NCBI RefSeq assembly: GCF_964355755.1 | Contig: NC_092680.1 | Coordinates: 20,283,045 to 20,347,044 of the forward strand | Source of the DNA: Antedon mediterranea | Lineage: Eukaryota; Animalia; Echinodermata | Direction: 5' to 3' | DNA length: 64,000 nucleotides | The notes under the pieces: generated by a model | What the model saw: the letters and a program-made list of their open reading frames with translations, nothing else | Databases searched by the model: none | Told to the model about the DNA's origin: nothing | In this document: positions 26,234 through 40,600 of the stretch, piece by piece | Position numbering within the stretch: position 1 is the stretch's first letter | Layout of the letters: every line of letters begins with the position of its first letter | Program-made: the position numbers and the translations under genes

Positions 26234-26625
26234 AGCAAGAAGATAATAGCATAAGTGCCTATAGCACATTACATAGTTTCAATATCACATTGTAAAATCT
26301 TGCGCAATTTATTAAAGAATAATACACAATTTCTACACTGGTCTTTGGTTAAGATTGTTAACCATCCATCCACCATAATTTAGTTTTGAAAACTAATTAT
26401 TTAGAATATTCACTATTAATTAGAATCACAATACTTACAAAGACAGCAAGAAGATAATTGCAGTGCCTACAGCAAATTACATATATATCACATTGTATAA
26501 CCACATTTGCGCAATTTAAAGAATAGTTTCTACATATTGGTCTTTGGTTAAGATTGTTAAAGTTCACCATAATTTAGTTTTGAAAACTAATTATTTAGAA
26601 TATTCACTATTTTAAAATCACAATA
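26234..26625 (+). repeat. Diverged ~210 bp tandem duplication
   Basis: agcaagaagataat...ggtctttggttaagattgttaa...ttttgaaaactaattatttagaatattcactatt occurs twice (from ~26234 and ~26446). Confidence 0.8.
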
Positions 26626-27541
26626 TTTAATACTGTTATATTATCTACCGAAGTATAATGCTCATGAACATTTTAATTTAAAAATTGTATTTTAATTCAC
26701 AATAACATATTAATAATAGAGAATTATAGATAATAATTCGTTATTAAATTAATCAAAATACAATTGTTGTACATACTTGTTTATTATTCAAACTTACTTA
26801 ATGATAAAAAGAATCCATATTTTTATACAGTAATTATTGTAATATTTAGCGTACACAGTAAAAGTAGGAGTGTGCGATTTTGTACCAGGATTCCTCGAAT
26901 AAACTCGATTTCAGGGGTAATGTTGAGACTCAATAGATCTCGCCATATAATAGAGGAGATAATAGGTGATAAGATAAAAGAAACAATTATTTTATAAAAA
27001 TTAAAAAAAACAACAATTTATTTTTCAAATTCATGACCTTCCAAAAATGTCTGGTTTTCAAGTGTGAAGTTACAATGGCAGATGTGGAATGTATAAAATT
27101 GGGCAGACTTACACTTGGGCATAATCATTTGAATAATCTAATTTTAATACATATTTACACACATGACTGGGCAAAAAATTACAATATAATAAAGAATGAA
27201 CAATAATGTAACACTAGATGATCATAGTGTTTATAACCCATATTTAAGGGGAACCATCATGACCGACTACAGGCCTACGTCCTTTTAAAAGGGGTTTCGT
27301 CTGAATAGAGTGTTACAACATAATTATGTTTCTCCTTGTTTTTTATTAGGAGAATGTGTTCCCCTAATAGAGGTGTCACAAAAGGAGGGACTATACTGTA
27401 TATATCGTATTTCAGATGATTTGCATATAGTATATATTATTATTTAGTTGATTTTGGTAATACTGGAGGGCCATAATAGGTTTAACATTATATAGAATTG
27501 TAAAGCATTGTAGAGACGTTCTCACACGAAAGTGGCTCTGA

Positions 27542-30500
27542 TTATTTACTCATAGGCCTATATTCCATATTTGTCGCACTTACACCGATTGTGTAAGAAG
27601 GATCTTCTGATATCTGTTGATTCTGTTTAAAATGCTGCAAGTTTGAATTTATTTTAGACTTTGATGGTGGTGAGCGGAAACCATACCGTATCGATCTGCC
27701 TACGCGCGATTTCGACAATATTTTCTTTACATCTTTGTTTAAAACTAAAAATAATATAAAGATAATAATACCCTGTAGGCCATTAAAAATGGTAAACAAG
27801 TAATTGAACGCAATAGAACCATCATAATCTAAAGAAAAGAATGCCAGGCACCAACTTAGGCCAGACAGAATGAAGATGGTAAAAACGTGACGTGTAAGTC
27901 GATGCAGTTTGTTTGACTTGTTTGTCGTTGCCTTTCCACTGGTGGTATAGAGTGTATGTATTATACGTACGAATAGCACAACGTTGACGATTAAAATCAA
28001 TGAAACTGGAGCCACAAGGGCCGTGTAAAAAGTAACTTCAGATAGATTAAAACATCTGGGGAAAAAAAATTGTCGCAATTGTCAATACATGATATAAAAC
28101 AGAATTTTGGTTTAAAAATTGCGTTGAATTAAATGAATGAAGGAATGGAAATTGAAATTGGAGTTAAAAACACAAAACTATGATGTACACGATAGAAAAA
28201 AAAATATAAATCGTCATTTCTCAAGACAAGAGGTGGTGATGATGATAAAACATTTATAAATGCCACTTACAAATTAAAAAAAAACTTACTGGTCTATTTT
28301 GCTGCATTCCATTTTGGAAGAATATACAGCACCAAAAGCCACCGGTATCAACGGCAACACTGAATAAAAACAACACATTTGAATGTCAAATTAAATCATG
28401 AAAAAATAAAATACAGATATTTGTACCATTAAATTAGATGAAAATAGACTTTGAATTCCAAAATGAGGGCCTTATTTTAAGAATGTACAGTTGAGGGCCC
28501 TATCCTAACAAATTTCACTTGCTTCGTCAAAAGGATTTTAATTAACGAGACTAAAGTAAATATAATATTACTTACAAAAGCAAACAGATGCAACTTTCTT
28601 TATAAACATCACATTATTTTGGTCAAATTTAGTTTTCGGTACAACATTTAAATACAGAGTAAAAACTTCACCTCCCATCCACATTACTGAGGTCAGAAGA
28701 AAGTAGTGAACAGCGACCCCAATCGCCTTGCACAATTCTTTCGATTGAGGCGGATAGTTGCTGGCAATGTAGATGACGTCAAAAGCAGCGAGAGAGAAAA
28801 ATAAACCAATCAAGACTTTGTATTGAACTCTTTGACGAATTTTTCTGAAAAAGAACAAATCTAACACATTACAGTCAATTTACGATGACGTTATTTTTTC
28901 GTTAATTTGTTTTACCGAAAAATGCCCCTCGTGCATTGCATGACTCATTTTATTATAAAATAGGTTGTTCATCTTGACTTGTGGCGAGATACGTGTTTAT
29001 TCAATGAAAATTATCCAAATAATAAAAGCAGAGTAAATGGCAAAATTTAACTTTCTAGAAATTATATATATATCATTTTTTTGTATTATTAATTTTATAA
29101 GAACAATGACTTACTTGTTACTAAGGTACACTAACATAATAACGATCAAGAGAATGGCAGAAAGGCTAAATAACCCAATTGACAAAAAGTGTAAAGCAAG
29201 TGTATGTTCTCGACTGATTTCTCTTTCTATTGGATCCTGTAATGCAAAAAACAACAAAAAACATCGTATGGTACCGGTATCATATAAGGTAAATACAAAA
29301 ATAGGACTAAACTCTGATGTTTTCGAATAAGGCAGAACCTTCTAAGAAAAGTATATGCACCAACATGAAACATTATACCATAAACTTAAATTAATCTATA
29401 ATTTAAAGCAAAAAAAAAACAAAACAAACAAACCCCCAGATAATCTGATGATAAATTCAATAACGTAAGCCCACTACAGTAATGTTGTAGTATAGCCTAC
29501 TAAATGCAACTTACCAGTAATAGCGCAACATGTCCGAATCTGTTGCAGGAACAGGAGATTTCGCCGTTGCCGTTGTCATTGGTGTCACAACCATCTTTTA
29601 ATACGTTTGAGAGTGCTTTTGTATATGAGCAACGTGCCCTAAAGTTTCTGCATTCACTTTCTTTCTTAACGTTCGAATCATCCCCTTCGTGTTCTTCCAT
29701 CTTTCAGGCAAAAATTATTAATAAAAAAGATTAATTATTGATTATTATTGATTTAGGCCTACATATTACATTATGTATAATATATAGAAACATAAACATT
29801 ATAATTGAGAGAGAAGGACTTTTATTCAACGAGAGATCGAGACTTTCAATTCATGAAAATAACTTTCTCAATAAATGACTAAAGTGATTATCAATGATAA
29901 TGATTATTATCTATATCTGATTATTATCTATAATCGAATGTCAAAGTTAAGCCTGTTTTCCACTAGAGTCGAAATTGTTCGTGCGAATTCAACGTTTCGC
30001 AGAGAAAACAATTTCGCTACACACGAGCGAGCTTATCGTTTTCTGAGCTCTCATTTATTGCGATTTTTTATGTTTTTTTTGTATACAAGTTAAGCCTACT
30101 AGAAACACAGCATTACCAATTAGGCCTACCTGCTTCATTGTATGTTAGGACGTCTGCTGAAATGGTCACCGATAAAAACGGTGTCATTTGGGTATTTGTA
30201 AATGTCAGACAATTCTAAGAGGAAACGATCATTCCCTGTCACTGAAAATTGCAAGTCCGAATTAACAGATTCTCTTTGAAACGTAGCAGCCTTTAATGCT
30301 ATATTGTTTGTTTTAACAGTAAAGTTTTGCTCATATTTAAACGCATTGGTGACTTTATCGTCGATTACTCCAATTACTTCGGCTGCTTCATCCCTGCTGT
30401 ATTGAAATTTGTCATCAACCTCCAAAATTGCATCTATTTCTTTAAGATATCCTATGGAATTAGAACAATAAATATATTTAACATTTTTAAATATCACATT

Positions 30501-31925
30501 CCAAAAAAAAAACAAAAAACCAACGAAAGAAAAAAAACAAAACAAAACAAAACCCAAAAAACAAACAAAAAGCTTTTTGAAAAAGAAATCAAAAGAGAGA
30601 AGATGTGAGAAGAAATGTATAAATGAAAGAATTAATACATAATTTGTAGTAGAGCTTGGTGGTTAACGTGCTTGCCTTCCAATACCAAGGTGCAGGGTTC
30701 AATCTGACCTAGTGCCAGGGTTGTAACTCACGACTCTTTCAACTCCACTCCCTGAGCCTCAAATGAGACTTAGTATATAACATGGAGGATTATTATTTCC
30801 TCCATGTAATGGTACCTTATTCGAACAATTCGTTATGTTTAAATTGCTTAAGGCATTTACAAACGAAATCAAATCATCCAAGGAAGTCGATTTGTTTAGC
30901 GATGTCGACTGATTTAGAAGAATTTCTAATTCCTTTTTGTCAGGTAATTCTGTATTTGCAGTGTTTGTTGGTTCTAGAAAATAATATAGTCAGGCCCAAT
31001 TAATTATATCTATTTAAAAATACAAATCAATAAATGAGTCATGGTTAGTTTAAAATACTAACTAAATGACACTCTTGAATGAAGATAATTGATGTTGTCT
31101 ACCTAAAACATTTGTAGGTTGTATCCAGACAGCCTCATCTCCACCACAATACACTTCATCACCGCCAGCACATCTTGAAGCACACAAACAATCATCGACG
31201 GTGTTGTATCTGTTATCATAATTGTCAATGTTCCCACAGTGACATAACGTAGGTTGTAATCCCAAGTGCTTAAACCCCAGATTAGTGCAGTAGTCTTGGC
31301 AAAAAGAACACGTCATTCTATTCTTAGCGCATTGTTTTCTAGAACAATAGTCGCATGGCAAAGCGTTACTATTACTACAAGGATTGCCCCCAAGTACAGG
31401 TTTGTTATCATATCCATTTTTTTCGAAACATGCTGGTAACGAAATAACGTCTGGAAGAGTTGTTTGACTGAAAACTAAAATAAAATGTACTAAAAACAGT
31501 TAAAAATGTTACGATAGGCATAATGACCAACAAATGTGATCTTTTCTATCGTATTTTAGCCTAAATAATAATTATATGATATTAATATAATTCATAAGTC
31601 AATCAATTGTAATATTCGGAACATGATATAATCATATTCTATTTAAATTTAAAATGTGTTCCTTTAAAAAACACAGTAGGCCTATTCTGAATTAAAAAAA
31701 ACACATAATTAAAAACACAGTATTCTAAATTAAAAAAATGAAATAGATTCTTTGTACAGTATGTTAAAAGTGGTTTACTTGAATTAGGCCTACTTGCACT
31801 TATTATAATATTATTATTGTGTAGAAGTCAGTCGTAATAAACTAAATTTTTAAATAAACCAACTGAATTCAGAGTTACATACCTTGTCCAAAATGTAGAA
31901 TAATACAAATCAAATAAGCATACAT
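27542..31925 (-). pseudogene. Disabled paralog of the WSC-domain adhesion GPCR (ectodomain broken; GPS and 7TM exons intact)
   Basis: Exons 31925-31883 (signal), 31474-31103 (WSC), 30973-30816, 30451-30130, 29700-29515 (GPS), 29236-29115, 28844-28576, 28359-28290, 28055-27542. Relative to the intact paralog, exon 4 is 1 nt short at its start (reads DILKK*), has 1 extra nt at ~30174-30178, and the 182-nt phase 1-to-0 exon has no counterpart in 29701-30129. Confidence 0.75.
30653..30737 (+). mobile_element. tRNA-derived SINE head
   Basis: AGCTTGGTGGTTAACGTGCTTGCCTTCCAATACCAAGGTGCAGGGTTCAATC, with a B-box-like GGTTCAATC; second copy at 25886. Confidence 0.55.
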
Positions 31926-32686
31926 GCTGCTTATAATCACCAAACTGAGAATTCAGTATAAGTTGAAATGTTCCTAATATCTCTCAAACTGTATGACCGT
32001 ATATCGTATCTTGGAATGCTGATGGAAGTTGTTCTATTTCTATTAAATAACCTTACATTCAATACGTAATGTCATTGTTGGTATTTATACAACGAATGAG
32101 CTTCTTCATTGGTTATACCTTTTAAAGTTAAACAAAACCTATAAAACAACCTTAGTCATTGTAAGTTACAACATGAAACTAATAATAACTTACTAATAAT
32201 GTAATAACAAAAAATGTTTTATTGTTTACCTATAAGTTCAACAATTCATACTGATTGCAGGGAAGTACAGTACTGAACAAAGGCCATTTCATATTATTTT
32301 TAAAAACGTAGGAAACAATTCACTCTTTCACCGAAACGTGTTGTGAACTCAGAAGCCGGCCGGCCGCCCTGTATATAGAATACAAGGGAATATAGGTCAC
32401 TTTCATGAAAAAAAAAATATTCCGATGAAAACAACGCACAGTTCTTGTCATGTTTTAAGGAATAAAGTTGTCACTCTATCGCGTAGTTAACTTACGTTTA
32501 TACTTCGAAAAGCTTAACATGTCCAATATTTATCTTAAACTGATTAAATACAAAGATATTTCCTATGATAAATACTCCGAATAGCTGACACTAATTATAA
32601 AAACAACAACCACGTTGCAAAAAAAACAAACTAAATAAATAAAAAAATAGAAAATAAATAAATAAAAAAATTATTAATTGATTTAC

Positions 32687-33030
32687 TTAAAAAGGTATTG
32701 TCCCATGAAAACATAATTCTTAAACAGTTTTTGTTTATTAATTTAATTCTAATGTCACATAATAGTTATCCACTTTGACCAAAAATTGGATTGAAAAAAA
32801 AATTATTTACCTGAAAAAAACTGTAATTTAAAGCAACAAATAGTCAAATTGGCTGCCAGCCAATGGATTGGTTGGTTGGTTGAATTTAACCATTTATTTT
32901 GTCATTTTATAAGTAAAAACCTTTTTTTTTTTTTAATAATGGAGGTGATTAATTTTATTAAAACTACAAGATAACCTATTCAAAGTCTGATTTAATTAAT
33001 CTTCATTTTTGGGGGACAACACATCTTTAA
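32687..33030. mobile_element. TTAA-flanked MITE (Kolobok-like), copy 3
   Basis: TTAAAAAGGTATTGTCCC...GGGACAACACATCTTTAA; the interior is colinear with 2753-3074. Confidence 0.65.
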
Positions 33031-33254
33031 GATCGGTGTTTAACTGGAAGACGGAAACAATTTTGGTAACACATTGTACTGGTGTGATCTACCAAGTCTA
33101 GTCATATTTTTGTAGACAATCAGAAAACAATTGACCTTGGATTATGTTATTGCCTCCACTTCAAAAAGCAATAAAAACATTCGTATTCTTTTGAAAACAG
33201 AAAAATGTCAATACTACACCCACCTCCAGATAAGGCTTGTATGTTATCCATGAG

Positions 33255-33486
33255 CCCTGTTTCTGCTGCCAAGAAAATACCGTATTTTACACGGTATTTT
33301 TTGAATACCGTATATATACACCGTATTTTTTTGGCAGCAGAAACAGCGCTCATAAAAAAAATACCGTATTTTGTATACCGTATTTTTCCCACAAAATTTG
33401 TGGATAAAATACGGTATTTACAAATTTATACCGTAGGCCTATTTCTGCTGCCAATAAAAAATACCGTATTTTTTTTTTACCTGTGA
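33255..33486. repeat. Fold-back element rich in AAAATACCGTATTTT motifs (probable non-autonomous DNA transposon remnant)
   Basis: About eight ataccgta/tacggtat motifs in both orientations and a tttctgctgccaa/ttggcagcagaaa inversion; ends TTTTTACCTGTG. No TSD resolved. Confidence 0.5.
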
Positions 33487-34182
33487 CATGAGGTCAACAT
33501 CGTGTTTTTATTTTCTGTCGCTGTCAGCTGTTTTACACGTGTATAGATATATTCGGCGAAAATGTGGAGCGAAGACGTCACAGTCACAGACGTCACAGTA
33601 TTACTATATAAATCTGTGTGGGGAAGGAGGGGGTGGTGAAGCTAAAATGTCCGGCCAACTAAAAGGTAATAAAAGGGACAACCACATTTATAAAGACATT
33701 TCTAAAAAAAATAAAGCAGCAGGAGTACGAAGACTTGTCTCCAAGCAAGTAAATTCAAAGCTGAAGAGCCTCGAGGAAGGAACGAATTACTTGTCCCCAT
33801 TACGATGTTTTCTGTGCTATCACAACATCTCTATCACTAGGGCTAGGCTGTTGACGTGAAACTTCCTTTATTGCGACTTTTAATTACCGACCAAATAAAT
33901 GAATGGCAATTTGGGTATTATACGAGCATTTGTATTGAATTCAATTGCCCACAAATCATGAGTTCAATTGATTTTAGCACACAGTCAGACAATATTTTGA
34001 GAAAGGAATCGATAAAATATTTAATGGCTTCTTGTTTTTCATTGTATTGAATAATATGTTGAAGAAATGATTTTTAAACAAGGAACCAGTTTTAAAAAGT
34101 CGCGTGCAACGGTAGGTCAGTTGGTCGGTCGGTAAACACTAACTTGAGCACGCGACTGCAGCCACGTATATGGCCTTTTTGT

Positions 34183-34516
34183 TTCGCTTAACTTCCCCCA
34201 CTGCTTATAAATAATATATATTTATGATTGAACTTCAGATGGTACTATAGAGGGTATTTGTTCATTTATTTCCTTTATTTGGGATAGTACATCCATATAC
34301 AAAACAAAAAGAGAAACCTTTCACCAGGAAATTAACAATAGCTTCTTCCACAAAAACCAATTTGCACCAACGCTGATGCTGGTTGGATTATGGAAATACA
34401 TTAACTATGGTTTATGTTTTCTGTTTTATGAATTCTGTTCTTAAAACTATGAATGGATATAATATTCATCAAATAAGGGAACGTAATTCATAACAAACAT
34501 CATGCTAGCGCTATAA
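34183..34516 (+). repeat. Left copy of the ~340 bp direct repeat bracketing the array
   Basis: Colinear with 49193-49543, for example ttcaccaggaaattaacaatagc, cttccacaaaaaccaatttgcaccaacgctgatgct and gcgctataa. Confidence 0.85.
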
Positions 34517-34648
34517 AGCGTGGTTTCCACTAGAACGTAACACAAGGACGTAACGCAACGCAAGTGAATTAACCAATCACAAGCGATGGCTTATTCGCTT
34601 TCGATTGCTAAAGCTTGGTTCCCACTAGAACGTAACGCAAGGACGTAA
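34517..34648. mobile_element. Two tandem truncated Harbinger-like MITE ends at the left edge of the array
   Basis: AGCGTGGTTTCCACTAGAACGTAAC and AGCTTGGTTCCCACTAGAACGTAAC, each after TAA; related ends at ~22105-22172 (reverse) and ~29950. Confidence 0.5.
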
Positions 34649-34663
34649 ATCGTTATAGACAGT

Positions 34664-37600
34664 ACTATAAAAATGTTTTTCTTAACAAAATGTAATAGAA
34701 TTAGCTCTTCAGATTAAAATTAACACTGATGATTTTAGAAAAGGAAAGTAGCAATAAAAGAGAAAGAATTTGTAACAAATGGGTTAAAAATATACTATAA
34801 AAATGTATTTCTTATTTTATTTTAAAAATCACGAGTCTCCTCTCCTTAATTGCCTAAGTAACACAGATGACTTAGGCAGAAACACAAAAAACGATCTGAG
34901 CATGTGCAAATGCATATAAAAGCACTCAGATAATGTATAGAGGGCAGCATAATGATATAAGCAGTGACTTAGGCAGATCATAACTCAGCTCTCCTTAATT
35001 GCCTAAGTAACACAGCTGACTTAGGCAGAAACACAAAAAATATAGTATATTGATATAAGCAGTGAGTTAGGCAGGAAAAAAAAACAAAAATTATGACTTA
35101 GACACTTTTGTTATGAGGCTGTCGATATCATCTATATACAAAAAATGATACCTTTAAGTAACAAAATTTAATAGCATCAGCTCTTCAGATTAAAATTAAC
35201 ACTGAAGGTTTTAGAAAAGGAAAGTAGCAATAAAAGCGAAAGAATTTGTATCAAATGGGTTAAAAAATATACTATAAAAATGTATTTCTTATTTTATTTT
35301 AAAAATCATGTGTCTCCTCTCCTTAATTGCCTAAGTCACACAGCTGACTTAAGCAGAAACACAAAAAATATAGTATATTGATATAAGCAGTGAGTTAGGC
35401 AGAAAAAAAACCCAAAAATTATAACTTAGACACTTTTGTTATGAGGCAGTCGATATCATCTATATACAAAAAATGCTACCTTTAAGTAACAAAATTTAAT
35501 AGAATTAGCTCTTCAGATTAAAATTAACACTGATGATTTTAGAAAAGGAAAGTAGCAATAAAAGAGAAAGAATTTGTAACAAATGGGTTAAAAAATATAC
35601 TATAAAAATGTATTTCTTATTTTATTTAAAAAATCACGAGTCTCCTCTTCTTAATTGCCTAAGTCACACAACTGACTTAGGCAGAAACACAAACCACGAT
35701 CTGAGCATGTGCAAATGTATATAAAAGCACTCAGATAATGTACATAGGGCAGTATAATGTTATAAGCAGTGAGTTAGGCAGATCATAAGTCAGCTCTCCT
35801 TAATTGCCTAAGTCACACAGCTGACTTAGGCAGAAACACAAAAAATATTGTATATTGTATAAGCAGTGAGTTAGGCAGATCATAAGTCAGCTCTCCTTAA
35901 TTGCCTAAGTCACACAGCTGACTTAGGCAGAAACACAAAAAATATAGTATATTGATATAAGCAGTGAGTTAGGCAGAAAAAAAAAACAAAAATTATAACT
36001 TAGACACTTTTGTTATGAGGCTGTCGATATCATCTATATACAAAAAATGCTACCTTTAAGTAACAAAATGTAATAGAATTAGCTCTTCAGATTAAAATTA
36101 ACACTGATGATTTTAGAAAAATAAAGTAGCAATAAAAGAGAAAGAATTTGTAACAAATGGGTTAAAAAAATATACTATAAAAATGTATTTCTTATTTTAT
36201 TTAAAAAATCACGAGTCTCCTCTCCTTAATTGCCTAAGTCACACAGCTGACTTAGGCAGAAACAAAAAAAACGATCTGAGCATGTGCAAATGTATATAAA
36301 AGCACTCAGATAATGTACATAGGGCAGTATAATGTTATAAGCAGTGAGTTAGGCAGATCATAAGTCAGCTCTCCTTAATTGCCTAAGTCACACAGCTGAC
36401 TTAGGCAGAAACACAAAAAATATTGTATATTGGTATAAGCAGTGAGTTAGGCAGATCATAAGTCAGCTCTCCTTAATTGCCTAAGTCACACAGCTGACTT
36501 AGGCAGAAACACAAAAAATATAGTATATTGATATAAGCAGTGAGTTAGGCAGAAAAAAAAACAAAAATTATAACTTAGACACTTTTGTTATGAGGCTGTC
36601 GATATCATCTATATACAAAAAATGCTACCTTTAAGTAACAAAATGTAATAGAATTAGCTCTTCAGATTAAAATTAACACTGATGATTTTAGAAAAGGAAA
36701 GTAGCAATAAAAGAGAAAGAATTTGTAACAAATGGGTTAAAAAATATACTATAAAAATGTATTTCTTATTTTATTTAAAAAATCACGAGTCTCCTCTCCT
36801 TAATTGCCTAAGTCACACAGCTGACTTAGGCAGAAACACAAAAAACGATCTGAGCATGTCCAAATGCATATAAAAGCACTCAGATAATGTACAGAGGGCA
36901 GTATAATGATATGAGCAGTGACTTAGGCAGATCATAACTCAGCTCTCCTTAATTGCCTAAGTCACACAGCTGACTTAGGCAGAAACACAAAAAATATAGT
37001 ATATTGATATAAGCAGTGAGTTAGGCAGGAAAAAAAACAAAAATTATGACTTAGACACTTTTGTTATGAGGCTGTCGATATCATCTATATACAAAAAATG
37101 CTACCTTTAAGTAACAAAATTTAATAGCCTCAGCTCTTCAGATTAAAATTAACACTGAAGGTTTTAGAAAAGGAAAGTAGCAATAAAAGCGAAAGAATTT
37201 GTATCAAATGGGTTAAAAAATATACTATAAAAATGTATTTCTTATTTTATTTTAAAAATCACGAGTCTCCTCTCCTTAATTGCCTAAGTCACACAGCTGA
37301 CTTAGGCAGAAACAAAAAAAACGATCTGAGCATGTGCAAATGTATATAAAAGCACTCAGATAATGTACATAGGGCAGTATAATGTTATAAGCAGTGAGTT
37401 AGGCAGATCATAAGTCAGCTCTCCTTAATTGCCTAAGTCACACAGCTGACTTAGGCAGAAACACAAAAAATATTGTATATTGGTATAAGCAGTGAGTTAG
37501 GCAGATCATAAGTCAGCTCTCCTTAATTGCCTAAGTCACACAGCTGACTTAGGCAGAAACACAAAAAATATAGTATATTGATATAAGCAGTGAGTTAGGC

Positions 37601-40600
37601 AGAAAAAAAAACAAAAATTATAACTTAGACACTTTTGTTATGAGGCTGTCGATATCATCTATATACAAAAAATGCTACCTTTAAGTTACAAAATGTAATA
37701 GAATTAGCTCTTCAGATTAAAATTAACACTGATGATTTTAGAAAAGGAAAGTAGCAATAAAAGAGAAAGAATTTGTAACAAATGGGTTAAAAAATATACT
37801 ATAAAAATGTATTTCTTATTTTATTTAAAAAATCACAAGTCTCCTCTCCTTAATTGCCTAAGTCACACAGCTGACTTAGGCAGAAACACAAAAAACGATC
37901 TGAGCATGTCCAAATGCATATAAAAGCACTCAGATAATGTACAGAGGGCAGTATAATGATATGAGCAGTGACTTAGGCAGATCATAACTCAGCTCTCCTT
38001 AATTGCCTAAGTCACACAGCTGACTTAGGCAGAAACACAAAAAATATAGTATATTGATATAAGCAGTGAGTTAGGCAGGAAAAAAAACAAAAATTATGAC
38101 TTAGACACTTTTGTTATGAGGCTGTCGATATCATCTATATACAAAATATGCTACCTTTAAGTAACAAAATTTAATAGCCTCAGCTCTTCAGATTAAAATT
38201 AACACTGAAGGTTTTAGAAAAGGAAAGTAGCAATAAAAGCGAAAGAATTTGTATCAAATGGGTTAAAAAATATACTATAAAAATGTATTTCTTATTTTAT
38301 TTTAAAAATCATGAGTCTCCTCTCCTTAATTGCCTAAGTCACACAGCTGACTTAGGCAGAAACACAAAAAATATAGTATATTGATATAAGCAGTGAGTTA
38401 GGCAGAAAAAAAAACCAAAAATTATAACTTAGACACTTTTGTTATGAGGCTGTCGATATCATCTATATACAAAAAATGCTACCTTTAAGTAACAAAATTT
38501 AATAGAATTAGCTCTTCAGATTAAAATTAACACTGATGATTTTAGAAAAGGAAAGTAGCAATAAAAGAGAAAGAATTTGTAACAAATGGGTTAAAAAATA
38601 TACTATAAAAATGTATTTCTTATTTTATTTAAAAAATCACCAGTCTCCTCTCCTTAATTGCCTAAGTCACTCAGCTGACTTAGGCAGAAACACAAAAAAC
38701 GATCTGGGCATGTGCAAATGCATTTAAAAGCACTCAGATAATGTACAGAGGGCAGTATAATTATATAAGCAGTGACTTAGGCAGATCATAAATCAGCTCT
38801 CCTTAATTGCCTAAGTCACACAGCTGACTTAGGCAGAAACACAAAAAATATAGTATATTGATATAAGCAGTGAGTTAGGCAGAAAAACAAAACACAAATT
38901 ATGACTTAGACACTTTTGTTATGAGGCTGTCGATATCATCTATATTCAAAAAATGCTACCTTTAAGTAACAAAATTTAATAGCATCAGCTCTTCAGATTA
39001 AAATTAACACTGATGAATTTAGAAAAGGAAAGTAGCAATAAAAGAGAAAGAATTTGTAACAAATGGGTTAAAAAATATACTATAAAAATGTATTTCTTAT
39101 TTTATTTTTAAAATCATCAGTCTCCTCTCCTTAATTGCCTAAGTCACACAGCTGACTTAGGCAGAAACACAAACAACGATCTGAGCATGTGCAAATGTAT
39201 ATAAAAGCACTCAGATAATGTACATAGGGCAGTATAATGATATAAGCAGTGAGTTAGGCAGATCATAAGTCAGCTCTCCTTAATTGCCTAAGTCACACAG
39301 CTGACTTAGGCAGAAACACAAAAAATATTGTATATTGATATAAGCAGTGAGTTAGGCAGATCATAAGTCAGCTCTCCTTAATTGCCTAAGTCACACAAAT
39401 TATAACTTAGACACTTTTGTTATGAGGCTGTCGATATCATCTATATACAAAAAATGCTACCTTTAAGTAACAAAATTTAATAGAATTAGCTCTTCAGATT
39501 AAAATTAACACTGATGATTTTAGAAAAGGAAAGTAGCAATAAAAGAGAAAGAATTTGTAACAAATGGGTTAAAAAATATACTATAAAAATGTATTTCTTA
39601 TTTTATTTAAAAAATCACGAGTCTCCTCTCCTTAATTGCCTAAGTCACACAGCTGACTTAGGCAGAAACAAAAAAAAACGATCTGAGCATGTGCAAATGT
39701 ATATAAAAGCACTCAGATAATGTACATAGGGCAGTATAATGTTATAAGCAGTGAGTTAGGCAGATCATAAGTCAGCTCTCCTTAATTGCCTAAGTCACAC
39801 AGCTGACTTAGGCAGAAACACAAAAAATATTGTATATTGGTATAAGCAGTAAGTTAGGCAGATCATAAGTCAGCTCTCCTTAATTGCCTAAGTCACACAG
39901 CTGACTTAGGCAGAAACACAAAAAATATAGTATATTGATATAAGCAGTGAGTTAGGCAGAAAAAAAAACAAAAATTATAACTTAGACACTTTTGTTATGA
40001 GGCTGTCGATATCATCTATATACAAAAAATGCTACCTTTAAGTAACAAAATGTAATAGAATTAGCTCTTCAGATTAAAATTAACACTGATGATTTTAGAA
40101 AAGGAAAGTAGCAATAAAAGAGAAAGAATTTGTAACAAATGGGTTAAAAAATATACTATAAAAATGTATTTCTTATTTTATTTAAAAAATCACGAGTCTC
40201 CTCTCCTTAATTGCCTAAGTCACACAGCTGACTTAGGCAGAAACACAAAAAACGATCTGAGCATGTCCAAATGCATATAAAAGCACTCAGATAATGTACA
40301 GAGGGCAGTATAATGATATAAGCAGTGAATTAGGCAGATCATAACTCAGCTCTCCTTAATTGCCTAAGTCACACAGCTGACTTAGGCAGAAACACAAAAA
40401 ATATAGTATATTGATATAAGCAGTGAGTTAGGCAGGAAAAAAAAACAAAAATTATGACTTAGACACTTTTGTTATGAGGCTGTCGATATCATCTATATAC
40501 AAAAAATGCTACCTTTAAGTAACAAAATTTAATAGCCTCAGCTCTTCAGATTAAAATTAACACTGAAGGTTTTAGAAAAGGAAAGTAGCAATAAAAGCGA

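Noticed and set aside
30653-30712. tRNA gene
   Set aside because: A/B-box-like motifs are present but I cannot fold a full cloverleaf; the diverged second copy shares downstream body sequence, as expected for a SINE.
30781-30806. CATGGAGGA...TCCTCCATG palindrome as a second P excision footprint
   Set aside because: The termini fit but there is no matching 7-8 bp TSD on the flanks.
33147-34050. ORFs at 33147-33392, 33205-33486, 33488-33859 and 33856-34050 as genes
   Set aside because: The first two overlap a fold-back repeat; the others show no domain motifs or convincing splice structure.
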